Virus record (IMG/VR): IMGVR_UViG_3300028269_000003
Span: 2,968-66,967 of that record
DNA length: 64,000 nucleotides
Source of the DNA: a virus
Strand: one strand, 5' to 3'
The translations under genes and the position numbers were made by a program. Positions 1 to 8,641 of this stretch are shown here, in pieces (position 1 is the stretch's first letter; each line of letters opens with the position of its first letter). The notes under the pieces were generated by a model. That model saw only the letters and a list, made by a program, of their open reading frames with translations, did not search any database and had not been told where the DNA came from.

Positions 1-17
1 GAAGGTAGAGAGGTGGA

Positions 18-332
18 GTGATTATGAGTGACCCAGCGTACCCAAGAGATTTTTTCGATGAAATGTTGAGCGAAAATAGTCCATACGCTTTTTATATATT
101 TCAGTGGGCTAATTATCAAAGTAAAGAATTTGATGGCGCAAGACGTTATCGTTTGAAAATGTTACACGACATTAAACTGTTTGACGGTACTGTGTATGAG
201 CAATGCTATCCAAATGCTGATTCTTTTCACTGTAAAAATAAAATCGTTAAAGATAATGAAGTTGAATTTATCCGCATTAGTCGCAAACAACACTTCCATG
301 AATGGCAACACCCACAAGATTTAAAGGATTAA
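18..332 (+). CDS. hypothetical early phage protein
   Basis: 104-aa ORF with GAGGTGGAG RBS, first of a tightly packed + strand early cluster. Confidence 0.7.
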   Translation: MIMSDPAYPRDFFDEMLSENSPYAFYIFQWANYQSKEFDGARRYRLKMLHDIKLFDGTVYEQCYPNADSFHCKNKIVKDNEVEFIRISRKQHFHEWQHPQDLKD

Positions 333-335
333 ACC

Positions 336-662
336 ATGAACCAACAAGACAAAATCGAGTTAAGCAAGCGCGTTGCTGAAAAGCTTGGGATAGATGCGAG
401 TATTAGTAATACCTATGAAGATAGGTATTTAGAGAATGGGCATTATCAATATGAAGAAGTTACCAATACAACTTGGCTTGCAGATGACGATGCTCGGTGC
501 TTTAGACTAATGATTGATTACGGGATTACATTAAATGGTAGTTTTTGTGGTAGATTTATTTACGCAAACAATCCAGATAATGAAATTGATATAACAGAAT
601 TTACTGATGTTTACGAAGCCACTCGCATTGCAATCTTAAAATGTTTGGAGAATATGGAATGA
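336..662 (+). CDS. NinX-like early phage protein
   Basis: MNQQDKIELSKRVAEKLG...ATRIAILKCL; N- and C-termini nearly identical to 34292..34606, middle different. Confidence 0.65.
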   Translation: MNQQDKIELSKRVAEKLGIDASISNTYEDRYLENGHYQYEEVTNTTWLADDDARCFRLMIDYGITLNGSFCGRFIYANNPDNEIDITEFTDVYEATRIAILKCLENME

Positions 663-1021
663 GTAATTGGCAAGCAATAAAAGAAAACCTACACGGATGT
701 AGTAACCATTCATGTGTGATTAAAAAACCTGTCGGTATGGGCACTAATGGGCAGTGCCACTGCCTTGATGACAGAATAAAACTGCAAAAATTTGCATATA
801 TTCGCAACGAAGAAATTAAACACCAACAATCACGTATTGATGCACTTGAAGCGCAAGTGGCAGAGGCTAAAGCAAAACTTTCTAATTGGAAGCCAACGGA
901 AAAAGAAATTGCAAATTACGCAAGCGTGGAAGAATTATATCTATTTGCCAGTGAAAGTGACTTAATGAGCATTGCTATTGGTATTTTAGAGTTAGTGCAA
1001 ATTAAAATTAATGGCAGTTGA
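659..1021 (+). CDS. hypothetical early protein (Cys/His-rich N-terminus, coiled coil)
   Basis: ORF 641..1021; ATGA overlap with the upstream stop favours start 659; GCSNHSC..GQCHC motif. Confidence 0.65.
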   Translation: MSNWQAIKENLHGCSNHSCVIKKPVGMGTNGQCHCLDDRIKLQKFAYIRNEEIKHQQSRIDALEAQVAEAKAKLSNWKPTEKEIANYASVEELYLFASESDLMSIAIGILELVQIKINGS

Positions 1022-1380
1022 AGCCCTCACGCGCATTAAACAATTACAGGAAGGTGATAAATTATGAAACTATTAAAACTACGCAAGATATTTGCTAAAG
1101 AATCACTCTGTCGCGCACGTAAACGCATCAAGGAGCGTTTAAATCAATCAGCCAATGCTATGATATACGATAGAGTTTTTTATGAAGGCACAGACGGATA
1201 TTTAAGAGATAGGAATTGTTATGGCAAGTGATGGCGGAAAAGGTAGCAGACAAAGACCAACGTTTGATCAAGAACGGTTTGAATTAAATTTCGACCTAAT
1301 CTTTAGAAGTAAGGAAAAAAAGTTTGACCAAACTGTGAATAATGGTGAGTTGCTAGATGAGTTAAAGGAAAGTAGTAAAG
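1021..1380. repeat. shared block A, copy 1 (partner ~34829-35187)
   Basis: near-identical by eye, including a 103-bp exact match 1135-1237 = 34942-35044. Confidence 0.9.
1064..1231 (+). CDS. small basic hypothetical protein (55 aa, MKLLKLRKIFAKESL...)
   Basis: below the ORF-track cutoff; conserved in the second copy 34871..35038. Confidence 0.65.
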   Translation: MKLLKLRKIFAKESLCRARKRIKERLNQSANAMIYDRVFYEGTDGYLRDRNCYGK

Positions 1381-1391
1381 ATGAGCGATGA
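1221..1391 (+). CDS. small phage protein (56 aa, MASDGGKGSRQRP...FELNFDLIF)
   Basis: AGGA RBS; second copy 35028..35195 differs mostly by synonymous changes. Confidence 0.75.
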   Translation: MASDGGKGSRQRPTFDQERFELNFDLIFRSKEKKFDQTVNNGELLDELKESSKDER

Positions 1392-1584
1392 TTGCGATAT
1401 GGCACAAATCCAGATAGAGAATAACGAAAACCGCAGTATTGCTTATGCAAGTATTGAGGCTAACAAACCTATTCAGTTAAGTGATGTGTGTTTATTCTGT
1501 GGAGAAAGTACTGTTGATGGTAGGCGCTGGTGTGATAAGTTTTGTGCAACAGAGTATGAAAAAAGACAGGCATTAAAACGATAA
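1381..1584 (+). CDS. TraR/DksA-like C4 zinc-finger protein
   Basis: N-terminal DxxDxA (MSDDCDMA) plus CLFC...WCDKFC. Confidence 0.7.
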   Translation: MSDDCDMAQIQIENNENRSIAYASIEANKPIQLSDVCLFCGESTVDGRRWCDKFCATEYEKRQALKR

Positions 1585-1677
1585 AAAATCCCCTAGCTTA
1601 TCTCTATATTAGCAGTCTATTGGCTAGGGGTTATCACTAAGGGAGTGATTGAGGCTACATCATTGGAGAGGATGTAG
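1583..1677 (-). ncRNA. three-hairpin element/terminator after the lysis genes; candidate 3'UTR sRNA with anti-RBS loop
   Basis: stems CTACATC/GATGTAG, ATCACT/AGTGAT and CCCCTAGC/GCTAGGGG plus a U-tract on the - strand; all three stems covary with the copy at 35392-35484. Confidence 0.7.
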
Positions 1678-1685
1678 ATTTAACT

Positions 1686-1886
1686 TTAATGATAATTTCT
1701 CTCTAAGTCAAGAATATATTTGCCTAACTTTTCAGCATTATCACGATTTAGGCATATTCCACCGTCATTTTGTGGTATCACTTGCAGATGTGGTTTTGTC
1801 GGCTTTACCATCTGAGGCTGACACGCCGCTACCGAACTTATCAGCAAACCACTGAGCAGGATTTTCACTAAGTTTGTCATGCTCAT
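1686..1886 (-). CDS. outer-membrane lipoprotein, o-spanin (Rz1-like)
   Basis: signal peptide with lipobox VAAC, Pro-rich; overlaps 1765..1959 in another frame at the end of the lysis cassette. Confidence 0.65.
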   Translation of the reverse strand: MSMTNLVKILLSGLLISSVAACQPQMVKPTKPHLQVIPQNDGGICLNRDNAEKLGKYILDLERNYH

Positions 1887-1959
1887 TTTGAGCCTTTCTA
1901 AAGCTAATCGCTTGCAGTAGCTTTTCAAATAGACGCAGGATGATTTCTAGCGTTTTCAT
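1765..1959 (-). CDS. putative spanin partner (Rz-like position)
   Basis: overlaps the lipoprotein gene; conserved in copy 2; amphipathic rather than strongly hydrophobic N-terminus. Confidence 0.5.
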   Translation of the reverse strand: MKTLEIILRLFEKLLQAISFRKAQNEHDKLSENPAQWFADKFGSGVSASDGKADKTTSASDTTK

Positions 1960-2144
1960 TTTTTCAATTGCTTAGTACGCCATGCAGACCATACTAAACC
2001 GCCAATAGTGAGAACCGCACCTGTGACAGCCTCTACTGCGCCAGATACGGCATCAGGTTCGATGTAACCTTTAGTAACCAAGATTGCGCCCAAAGCAGTT
2101 AAGCCGTGACGAATGATAGAGCCGATAATAACTGTTAATTCCAT
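1956..2144 (-). CDS. putative holin (2 TM, Pam3-gp28-like)
   Basis: IIRHGLTALGAILV...GGLVWSAW + basic tail; next to endolysin. Confidence 0.7.
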   Translation of the reverse strand: MELTVIIGSIIRHGLTALGAILVTKGYIEPDAVSGAVEAVTGAVLTIGGLVWSAWRTKQLKK

Positions 2145-2147
2145 GAT

Positions 2148-2618
2148 TTACTCCTTAAAGTGAATAAGACATTCTACTGTACGATTAACCCAACCTTTGC
2201 CAAATCTGCCAAAGTTACTCAGGCTAGAATAAAACATAATGCGCTCGGTTGTAAATTTTAGCAATACATCATCTACTGACATTTTGTTTAGAGCAGATTG
2301 CGAAAGTCTGCCCCACTGACCATCTGGATTAGTTTTAACAGCAGTCTGCAAGATACGTACTGCACGGCTAATACCAGTATTAACAGCGCAATCAAACAAA
2401 ACGCAATGAATAGACGGATGTAACGCAGAAGGCAGTTTATCCCAATAGTCACGCTTGTATATAGCGATAGCATCATCTTTAGTCAGCTCTTTAATTTTTA
2501 GTGAAGGATAGGCACGTTTAGAGATGCCGTATTTAGTTTCACCGCCAGCATCTTGAGGGTCATTAACATATCCGCCTTCATGCTTTAGTACAAATTGAAC
2601 TGCTTTGTCAAAGTTCAT
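2148..2618 (-). CDS. endolysin, glycoside hydrolase family 108
   Basis: HEGGYVNDPQDAGGETKYGIS, FDCAVNTG, FGKGWVNR motifs. Confidence 0.92.
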   Translation of the reverse strand: MNFDKAVQFVLKHEGGYVNDPQDAGGETKYGISKRAYPSLKIKELTKDDAIAIYKRDYWDKLPSALHPSIHCVLFDCAVNTGISRAVRILQTAVKTNPDGQWGRLSQSALNKMSVDDVLLKFTTERIMFYSSLSNFGRFGKGWVNRTVECLIHFKE

Positions 2619-2862
2619 ATTTAAAGTTTCTTCGATTAAAAATATACTTAACGCTCATGCCGAACGAAAATAATAATTCAGCTACCGTCACTATATGATT
2701 CTGCAAAACTGACACAAACAGAAACATTGCAGCCATCGCAAAAAATAGATGATAAAAATATATTCCGTGACTTGTCGATTCATCCATTTTATTTAAACAA
2801 TAAATGCAATGAATAATAACGTGGATGGTGGATAGGATAACTAATAAATTAATTAGATTCAT
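2608..2862 (-). CDS. membrane protein, holin/antiholin candidate (about 3 TM)
   Basis: hydrophobic 84 aa immediately upstream of endolysin. Confidence 0.6.
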   Translation of the reverse strand: MNLINLLVILSTIHVIIHCIYCLNKMDESTSHGIYFYHLFFAMAAMFLFVSVLQNHIVTVAELLFSFGMSVKYIFNRRNFKYEL

Positions 2863-3146
2863 TTTTTAATAAACCAGTTAAATTGAATTTTCTCAGATGC
2901 TTTTATGATTAGCGGAACGGTATTTAGTGCCGTCAATCCGACTGCAAACGCTAAAGGGAAATGCAAGTTTTCAGGCAATGAAACGTAATAAAGAATCGCT
3001 GGCGTTCCATAATTCGCACCTACTGCCCCTGTAAACACAGCAGAAACGGCTTGAGGCGTGTTTAATCCTTGAATGAAGCGTAAAGATGCTACGCCACCAA
3101 AAAAACCAGCTATTAAATAGCCAGCTTTAATACCGTACTCTGTCAT
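2859..3146 (-). CDS. putative holin (about 3 TM)
   Basis: LIAGFFGGVASL...GAVGANYGTP...AFAVGL; first gene of the lysis cassette. Confidence 0.65.
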   Translation of the reverse strand: MTEYGIKAGYLIAGFFGGVASLRFIQGLNTPQAVSAVFTGAVGANYGTPAILYYVSLPENLHFPLAFAVGLTALNTVPLIIKASEKIQFNWFIKK

Positions 3147-3196
3147 GTTCTTTCCTTTTTGTTATTCCTTTAACCTATCTTTGTAGGCTATATCAA

Positions 3197-3475
3197 TTAT
3201 AGTTTTGATGCTTCAATAAATAATGCGTCTAGCATTTCATCTGTTAATCCCAATCCACCAGCTAATCCATAAACTAAGAATGAATCTCTCTCAACATTAG
3301 ATGAAAATTCCCATTCAATTTCCGCTTTTTCTCTCTGTTCTTTTATTGGCATTAAAGAGATTGTTTCATCAACCAAGTGGAGTAACCCCTTGTTATAGAG
3401 AGCTAATCTAGCCTGTCGCATTGAAACTGACTTAGGGACAATGACTGGCTCAGGTTTTATCTTAATCAAGCTCAT
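3197..3475 (-). CDS. tail-fibre-associated small protein
   Basis: SVSMRQARLAL...IEWEF...LDALF motif; homologous to C-half of 38372..38776. Confidence 0.7.
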   Translation of the reverse strand: MSLIKIKPEPVIVPKSVSMRQARLALYNKGLLHLVDETISLMPIKEQREKAEIEWEFSSNVERDSFLVYGLAGGLGLTDEMLDALFIEASKL

Positions 3476-3738
3476 AGTTTTTGTTCTCCTATCCCATCAG
3501 TTAAATCTGATTCTTCAACATACCATCTTGAACGAAACTTTTGGTCAATATTAGGGATTCCATGTTCATTAAATGTTCCATCTAATGGCAACTCTTCAAT
3601 GTTAACAATTTTATATTTTCTTCCTAAAGGAACAGATTTTTTTGCAATCGTGTTAATGTCATAATCTGACAGAGCTTGTTCTGTTGGGTAAACAATACTA
3701 ACGCTATTAACATCGTTATTATAAATAATTACTTGCAT
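3472..3738 (-). CDS. tail fibre assembly chaperone-like protein
   Basis: IAKKSVP.G..YKIV...ELP...FRSRW motif directly after the fibre gene. Confidence 0.65.
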   Translation of the reverse strand: MQVIIYNNDVNSVSIVYPTEQALSDYDINTIAKKSVPLGRKYKIVNIEELPLDGTFNEHGIPNIDQKFRSRWYVEESDLTDGIGEQKL

Positions 3739-3747
3739 ATTTTATCC

Positions 3748-5244
3748 TTAACCAAAAATAGCCACTGTAACAATGTTTGGGTCAACAGCCGCTCCAGTGT
3801 TTGCAACCGTAGTCGTAAATCTAAATGCAGAGGTAGTCGGCGCTGCTGAAATGTTACATACCCTATTAACCCCGCCGGTAGTTTCGCCAGTAAGGGCAAT
3901 TCCTGAATAGTTAGCATCTGGCATAGCTGTCGTAAAGTTTACAGTATAATCGCCAGTGTTATTATCAGTAATGCTAGAAACATTGCCAGAGCCGTTAATC
4001 GCAACCGTGCCAGAACCATTAAATCTTACCCATGCTCGGCAAGCAAACATAGGAGCATCACCTAATGCGTTTAATGCTGTTGAAATGTTAGATTGACCGC
4101 CAGCAGGAGCAACTCTAGTCGGTGCTGTTGCCCATACGCCAGCAGTAGCCTGAGTGATTCTAATATACCCTAATACACGATAAGCAACGTTACTTCGACC
4201 TGTTGTTGAATAGGCAACTAATGCACTGTCTGACCCTGTGCCGACTGTTGTGGTAGATATTAGACCTGATTCATCGAGGTTAATACCACCGGCAACGTTA
4301 ATAACTGCCGCCTCAATCGTTCCTGCATTGTTGATAGCCAATACCGCCAATCTAGCCATAGTAGCGTTTGCAGTTCCTAAAGTAGCCGTATTTGGCACAA
4401 CAACCGTTGCCGCAGAGGATAAAACAACGGTTTCAGGCGTTCCATCTGTTAGTGTTGTTGAGCGAAATTGTAAAGTGCAAGGATTTACGGTAATCGTTAA
4501 AGCGTTTGCAGCAACTGATGCATCAATGTCTTGCAAAGGTTTAAACCGCAAGTTTGTAGCCAGTTTAGTTTCTGTAACATTAGCATCTGCTATCTTTGCT
4601 GTGGTTACGGCATTATTTTGTATCTTGTTGGTAGAAACTGAATTATCCGCTAGATTTGTTGATTGAATCAAAAATAAAGAAGTATCAACTGGCGTAATTA
4701 AACCTAATTCAACTCTAGTCAATCCAGAATCTAATGCGCCACTATCTAAAACAACTGTGATTGTAGTCAATGAAGTAAAAACTGCATTTGAAATATAGCC
4801 ATACACAGTGCCAGCCGTTACGGTAGCCCTAAATCGTCTGTTAATTTGATATTGTGTTGTTTGGTCGCCGGGCAAACTAAAGCTCGTACCTGAAATATAA
4901 GTAGGCGTAATGCCGTAATCCACCCATTGAGATAGCGCAACCGTAGCATCGTTAATACCAGTGATGTTGTCTATCGTTCTGATTGGGCTAGTTGGCGGGT
5001 CTGTATCGTCAGAAGGGGCAAAAACAAACTTGTATGACGCACCTTCCGTTAACCAAATAGGTTGTGCAGGCTCCCCTCTAGAATCTAACACGATAGGATT
5101 AGGTTGCTGTGTAATGCCAGCCTCATCTGTAAAAGTTGCTTGTTTAGTTGAGCTTCCTGCAACATAAGTGAATAGCTTTGCACCGTTTGCAGGGATGCCA
5201 TTAATTAGCTGTGCGTCATTAAAAATCGGTGCGAGCTTTGCCAT
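3748..5244 (-). CDS. podovirus tail fibre / receptor-binding protein
   Basis: N-terminal particle-anchoring domain (GAKLFTY.AG..NPIVLDSRGE), VTxAKIAD repeats, C-terminal CRAWVRFNG..NVSSITD..TGDYTVNF tip domain. Confidence 0.85.
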   Translation of the reverse strand: MAKLAPIFNDAQLINGIPANGAKLFTYVAGSSTKQATFTDEAGITQQPNPIVLDSRGEPAQPIWLTEGASYKFVFAPSDDTDPPTSPIRTIDNITGINDATVALSQWVDYGITPTYISGTSFSLPGDQTTQYQINRRFRATVTAGTVYGYISNAVFTSLTTITVVLDSGALDSGLTRVELGLITPVDTSLFLIQSTNLADNSVSTNKIQNNAVTTAKIADANVTETKLATNLRFKPLQDIDASVAANALTITVNPCTLQFRSTTLTDGTPETVVLSSAATVVVPNTATLGTANATMARLAVLAINNAGTIEAAVINVAGGINLDESGLISTTTVGTGSDSALVAYSTTGRSNVAYRVLGYIRITQATAGVWATAPTRVAPAGGQSNISTALNALGDAPMFACRAWVRFNGSGTVAINGSGNVSSITDNNTGDYTVNFTTAMPDANYSGIALTGETTGGVNRVCNISAAPTTSAFRFTTTVANTGAAVDPNIVTVAIFG

Positions 5245-5273
5245 TTTATTTCCTTTTAAAATTAAATAATGTG

Positions 5274-5282
5274 TGCTATGTT
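5274..5282 (+). promoter_or_regulatory. extended -10 promoter (TGcTATGTT) for an antisense leaderless ORF
   Basis: TGn + TATGTT ends 7 nt before ATG 5289. Confidence 0.4.
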
Positions 5283-5288
5283 ATAGAA

Positions 5289-5366
5289 ATGAACATTAGC
5301 CCAATACAATTAGGTGCAATTATTGTATTTATTTTAATTGCCTGCATTTTCAGAGGTCGCTCCTAA
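5289..5366 (+). CDS. 25-aa single-TM peptide MNISPIQLGAIIVFILIACIFRGRS, antisense moron
   Basis: fills the gap between ejection gene and tail fibre; hydrophobic core plus basic tail. Confidence 0.45.
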   Translation: MNISPIQLGAIIVFILIACIFRGRS

Positions 5367-7382
5367 TCCAAGAAGTATGCCTATTGGTGCATTTTTAGTG
5401 GATTTAACCTTTACTGGCTTAACAGTTATCCCTTTAACTGGATTAAGCGCATTTCTTGATTGCGTTGCCACGATTACATCTTTTGCAGGGTCTGAAACTA
5501 AAGCGCCTCCAAAAGGAATTTTCCTAATAATTGCACTGTTTGCCACTTTATCCAACATTGACATAAACAAAGCAGAGCTTGTGTTTGAGTTATTTACTGC
5601 AGAACCTGTCGGTTGGAATTTCTCATAGCTTGAAACCCTACCAATAGCTTTAAGCATTTTAATATCTTCTGGCGTAAAGAATAAATTCATCTTTTCATCC
5701 CCAATACTTTTTAAAGCATCGTTATAGCTTTTGGGCGAAAAGTTAGCAACTTCATCAGCGCTTCCACCTGTGGCTTTATTTTTTAAATACGCTAGAATCT
5801 GACCTTTAACAGTAGTCACAGCCTCTTTATTGTTACCTAGTGCTTCACGTAACGCGGCAACATCAGCAATATTAGATTTGTTTCCTGAGCCTGTAATGTA
5901 AGTCTGCACAAACTTATCAGGCTCTACTCCATCTCTAACGGCTTTTAATGCAGGTGTTTTTTCTACTATCTGCATATAGTTTCTGTTAGCTGAGCGCGCT
6001 TTATTAAATGCATCAATAGCAGTTTTCCCTTGACCTTCAAGTAATGGCGTATTTTCTAAAGCCTCCCTTACTTTACCTAACGCAAGTCGTTCTGCGGGGT
6101 CTTTAGAGCTTCTTTGTAAAGTACCTAGATTCGTTTTTAATTGCTCTGCAACATCTACTGTGAAAGGTATTTCGCCTTTAGCGATAGCATTTAATTTGTT
6201 GCGAACATCACTAGAAATTTTACTTCCAAGTAGCGCATCATCTAATAAATTGTTAGCTGTTTGAGTAAATGTATAAGGGTCTAATTGTGCGCTTCTACCT
6301 GTTGTTTCTCTAGCTTGCTTATAATAAGAATCTATCACTTTTTTAGTAGCAGAATCTTTAATGTTAAGAACATCAATAATTTTTGCCCCAGCCGTAGCCG
6401 CGTCATCAGAACTGGCGCCAAGTGTATTTAGATTTGTGATTAACTTAACATCATTATCACGTTGCAAATTAGCCAAACTCTGAATTGCAGGGTCTTTGCT
6501 ATTCGCCGCCATCTTTGCTAGATTTCTTTGCGCTGTTATTTCTGCTGGATTAAGTGTAAGGCTTGAACTCATTGGAGTTAACCCTGTTAACTTATAGTCA
6601 GCTAATCTACGCAAAGCATCAGGAGATAAGTTGTCGCCAGTTTTCATAGCGGCGTTAACATCTTTAATCATTGAAGATTTTACTTCGTAAGGAAGTCTGT
6701 CTAAATTAACGCCTGCTTTAGTGATTGCTTCAAAAGCTCTATCATCTGCTGTACTACCAACGATATTACGCATAGTGCTTGATATGCTTTTTCCTGCGCT
6801 TTCAATAGCAGACACTCCTATTGGCAATCCAAGCCCACCTGCAACAGACGCGGCAACTTGAACGCTAGGGCTTGCACCTTGTTCTCTAGCTTCACTTCCT
6901 GCATATCCAGCGCCAACTGAGCCTGCTGCTTGCAATCCAGCATTCTTAGATAAACTGTTTAATACATATTTAGAAATCGTAGATGATGCTAGGTTAGCTT
7001 GATTAGCTGCGCCTCCAATGATACCGCCAGTTCCAGCTAATAGTTTAGAAGCCTCTGCAACGTTTCTTTCCCTTCCAGTTTCAGGTGAAGGAAATCCAGC
7101 GCGATTCAAGAGGCTTGTTGTTGCTTGCCCTAGTGGTTTTAATTCAGTTCCAAATGCCAAATTAGAACTAGCCGCCAATGGGTCTGCAATAATCCCTAAC
7201 GTATTAGCCGCGCCTTCTGCAATATACCTGCCAGTTAATCCTAATTGACGACCAAATGTTTCAACAGGCGTTCTTTCAATTTGAGGTTGCTCAACTGTTG
7301 GCTGTTCGATAGGTTGAGTTTGCGCTTGGTACTCTTCCCAAGGCTTAATCTCAGCAGTTTTATATTCTTCCCAAGGCTTCAT
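5334..7382 (-). CDS. DNA ejection/internal virion protein (P22 gp16 position)
   Basis: large Ala/Gly-rich helical protein, KPWEEY repeat at N-terminus, third of the ejection trio; TAATG coupling. Confidence 0.75.
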   Translation of the reverse strand: MKPWEEYKTAEIKPWEEYQAQTQPIEQPTVEQPQIERTPVETFGRQLGLTGRYIAEGAANTLGIIADPLAASSNLAFGTELKPLGQATTSLLNRAGFPSPETGRERNVAEASKLLAGTGGIIGGAANQANLASSTISKYVLNSLSKNAGLQAAGSVGAGYAGSEAREQGASPSVQVAASVAGGLGLPIGVSAIESAGKSISSTMRNIVGSTADDRAFEAITKAGVNLDRLPYEVKSSMIKDVNAAMKTGDNLSPDALRRLADYKLTGLTPMSSSLTLNPAEITAQRNLAKMAANSKDPAIQSLANLQRDNDVKLITNLNTLGASSDDAATAGAKIIDVLNIKDSATKKVIDSYYKQARETTGRSAQLDPYTFTQTANNLLDDALLGSKISSDVRNKLNAIAKGEIPFTVDVAEQLKTNLGTLQRSSKDPAERLALGKVREALENTPLLEGQGKTAIDAFNKARSANRNYMQIVEKTPALKAVRDGVEPDKFVQTYITGSGNKSNIADVAALREALGNNKEAVTTVKGQILAYLKNKATGGSADEVANFSPKSYNDALKSIGDEKMNLFFTPEDIKMLKAIGRVSSYEKFQPTGSAVNNSNTSSALFMSMLDKVANSAIIRKIPFGGALVSDPAKDVIVATQSRNALNPVKGITVKPVKVKSTKNAPIGILLGLGATSENAGN

Positions 7383-8632
7383 TATTTTTTCTTCCATGAT
7401 TTAGAGTCTGCTGGATTACCGCCTATATATACATATCCATTTTTTACAGTTCCTAAAGTTGGAGCTTTAGGTGAATTTGGCATCGGTTCATTTTTTGGCA
7501 TAATAGGGTCAACAGGTGGAGTATAAGCCGCTCCTGATGATTCAATCATGCCTTGAGTTGCCTGTTGTCTAGCCAATTTTTTCTGATAAATAACTTCATC
7601 ACTATCGCCAATTTGAGGGAAGTAAGTTCTGATTTCATTTTCCATTTCATCAATGCCGATAACTGCGCCTGATTCTTTTCTTAATTTAGCCCTTACCCAA
7701 TCGCGTTGCGCTTGCAGTGCTTTTTGTCTGTCTGGAGAACGTGCCAAGTTTGCAGCAGTTTCACCAGCAAATCCTAAAGTTGCCTCTCCTATTCCCGGCT
7801 TTTGTTCAACAGTATCACCTAACAGATTTTCTGCCGCAACCATTCTTTGTGCGTATTGAGCAGTTGAACGCATGCCTTCTGTTAGCTTTTCTCCAGCAGA
7901 TGGCTTGATTTGTTCTGAGGTCATTTTTTCACGCTGTAATGCACGATTCAGTCTGCCTTCTTTTGCAATTCTTTCATTAGAGGCAATGCTGTCCGGAGTC
8001 TGTGTTTTTGTCACAGTAGACAATGGCTTAACTTGACCTGTAATCGGGTCAATTTGTTGCGTAACCAAAGTGCCGCCAGTATCTCGCGTTTCTACTTTTC
8101 CTAATTGGTCTTTAGCATCTAAAGCACTTCTAAACAAAGACTCTGCGCCATTTCTGATGATATTAGGGTCATCAGGTATATTGGCTGTAAACTCATTGTA
8201 TTGGTCATCGTTTAACACGCCAACTTTACGAAGTTGACCAAAAGTCATTAAGGCATTTTCTTTTGTAGGATTATCTACAATAAACTTCATGCCATTGCCT
8301 ATTAAACCTAGCCTTTTAGTTGCCATGTCAAATTCAGTTTTAGCAACATCTGCTTTTTGTTTGGCAGATTCACCAAGTTGCTTATCTAACGCCGCACCTT
8401 GTTCATAAAATCCACCTTTATAGAGAGCATCGCGAGTTTTATTTAAATCCCCCGCACCTTGCTTATAAATATCTCTTAACATCATGCCTTGTTGTTCTGC
8501 CATGCGTTCACGCTCTAAACCTCTTAATCGGTCTTGTCGCATTATTTCAGCGTTTTGCAACTGGCTATCAGCTAATTGTGATTGCTGAACACTTCTATCA
8601 ATGTCAGCTAAATTTATGTAGTTTACTGGCAT
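7382..8632 (-). CDS. DNA ejection protein (P22 gp20 position)
   Basis: LRKESGAVIG..E...YFPQIGDS and C-terminal GYVYIGGNPAD..SW motifs; synteny. Confidence 0.75.
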   Translation of the reverse strand: MPVNYINLADIDRSVQQSQLADSQLQNAEIMRQDRLRGLERERMAEQQGMMLRDIYKQGAGDLNKTRDALYKGGFYEQGAALDKQLGESAKQKADVAKTEFDMATKRLGLIGNGMKFIVDNPTKENALMTFGQLRKVGVLNDDQYNEFTANIPDDPNIIRNGAESLFRSALDAKDQLGKVETRDTGGTLVTQQIDPITGQVKPLSTVTKTQTPDSIASNERIAKEGRLNRALQREKMTSEQIKPSAGEKLTEGMRSTAQYAQRMVAAENLLGDTVEQKPGIGEATLGFAGETAANLARSPDRQKALQAQRDWVRAKLRKESGAVIGIDEMENEIRTYFPQIGDSDEVIYQKKLARQQATQGMIESSGAAYTPPVDPIMPKNEPMPNSPKAPTLGTVKNGYVYIGGNPADSKSWKKK

Positions 8633-8641
8633 GATGATTCC

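Larger units (their letters stand above)
1680..2620. repeat. shared block B (lysis cassette), copy 1 (partner ~35488-36428)
   Basis: spanin, holin and endolysin genes near-identical between units. Confidence 0.9.

Noticed and set aside
1655-1677. CsrA/RsmA-binding hairpin (GGA in loop)
   Set aside because: The loop lacks the ANGGA consensus and there is only one such hairpin per element.
1649-1855. + strand ORF near the ATTGGAGAG sequence
   Set aside because: TTG start lies upstream of the motif and the ORF is antisense to two overlapping lysis genes; the motif is followed by ATG-TAG in unit 1, so it does not serve as an RBS here.
3748-5244. Diversity-generating retroelement or invertible cassette acting on tail fibres
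   Set aside because: No reverse transcriptase, invertase, or template/variable repeat pair seen.
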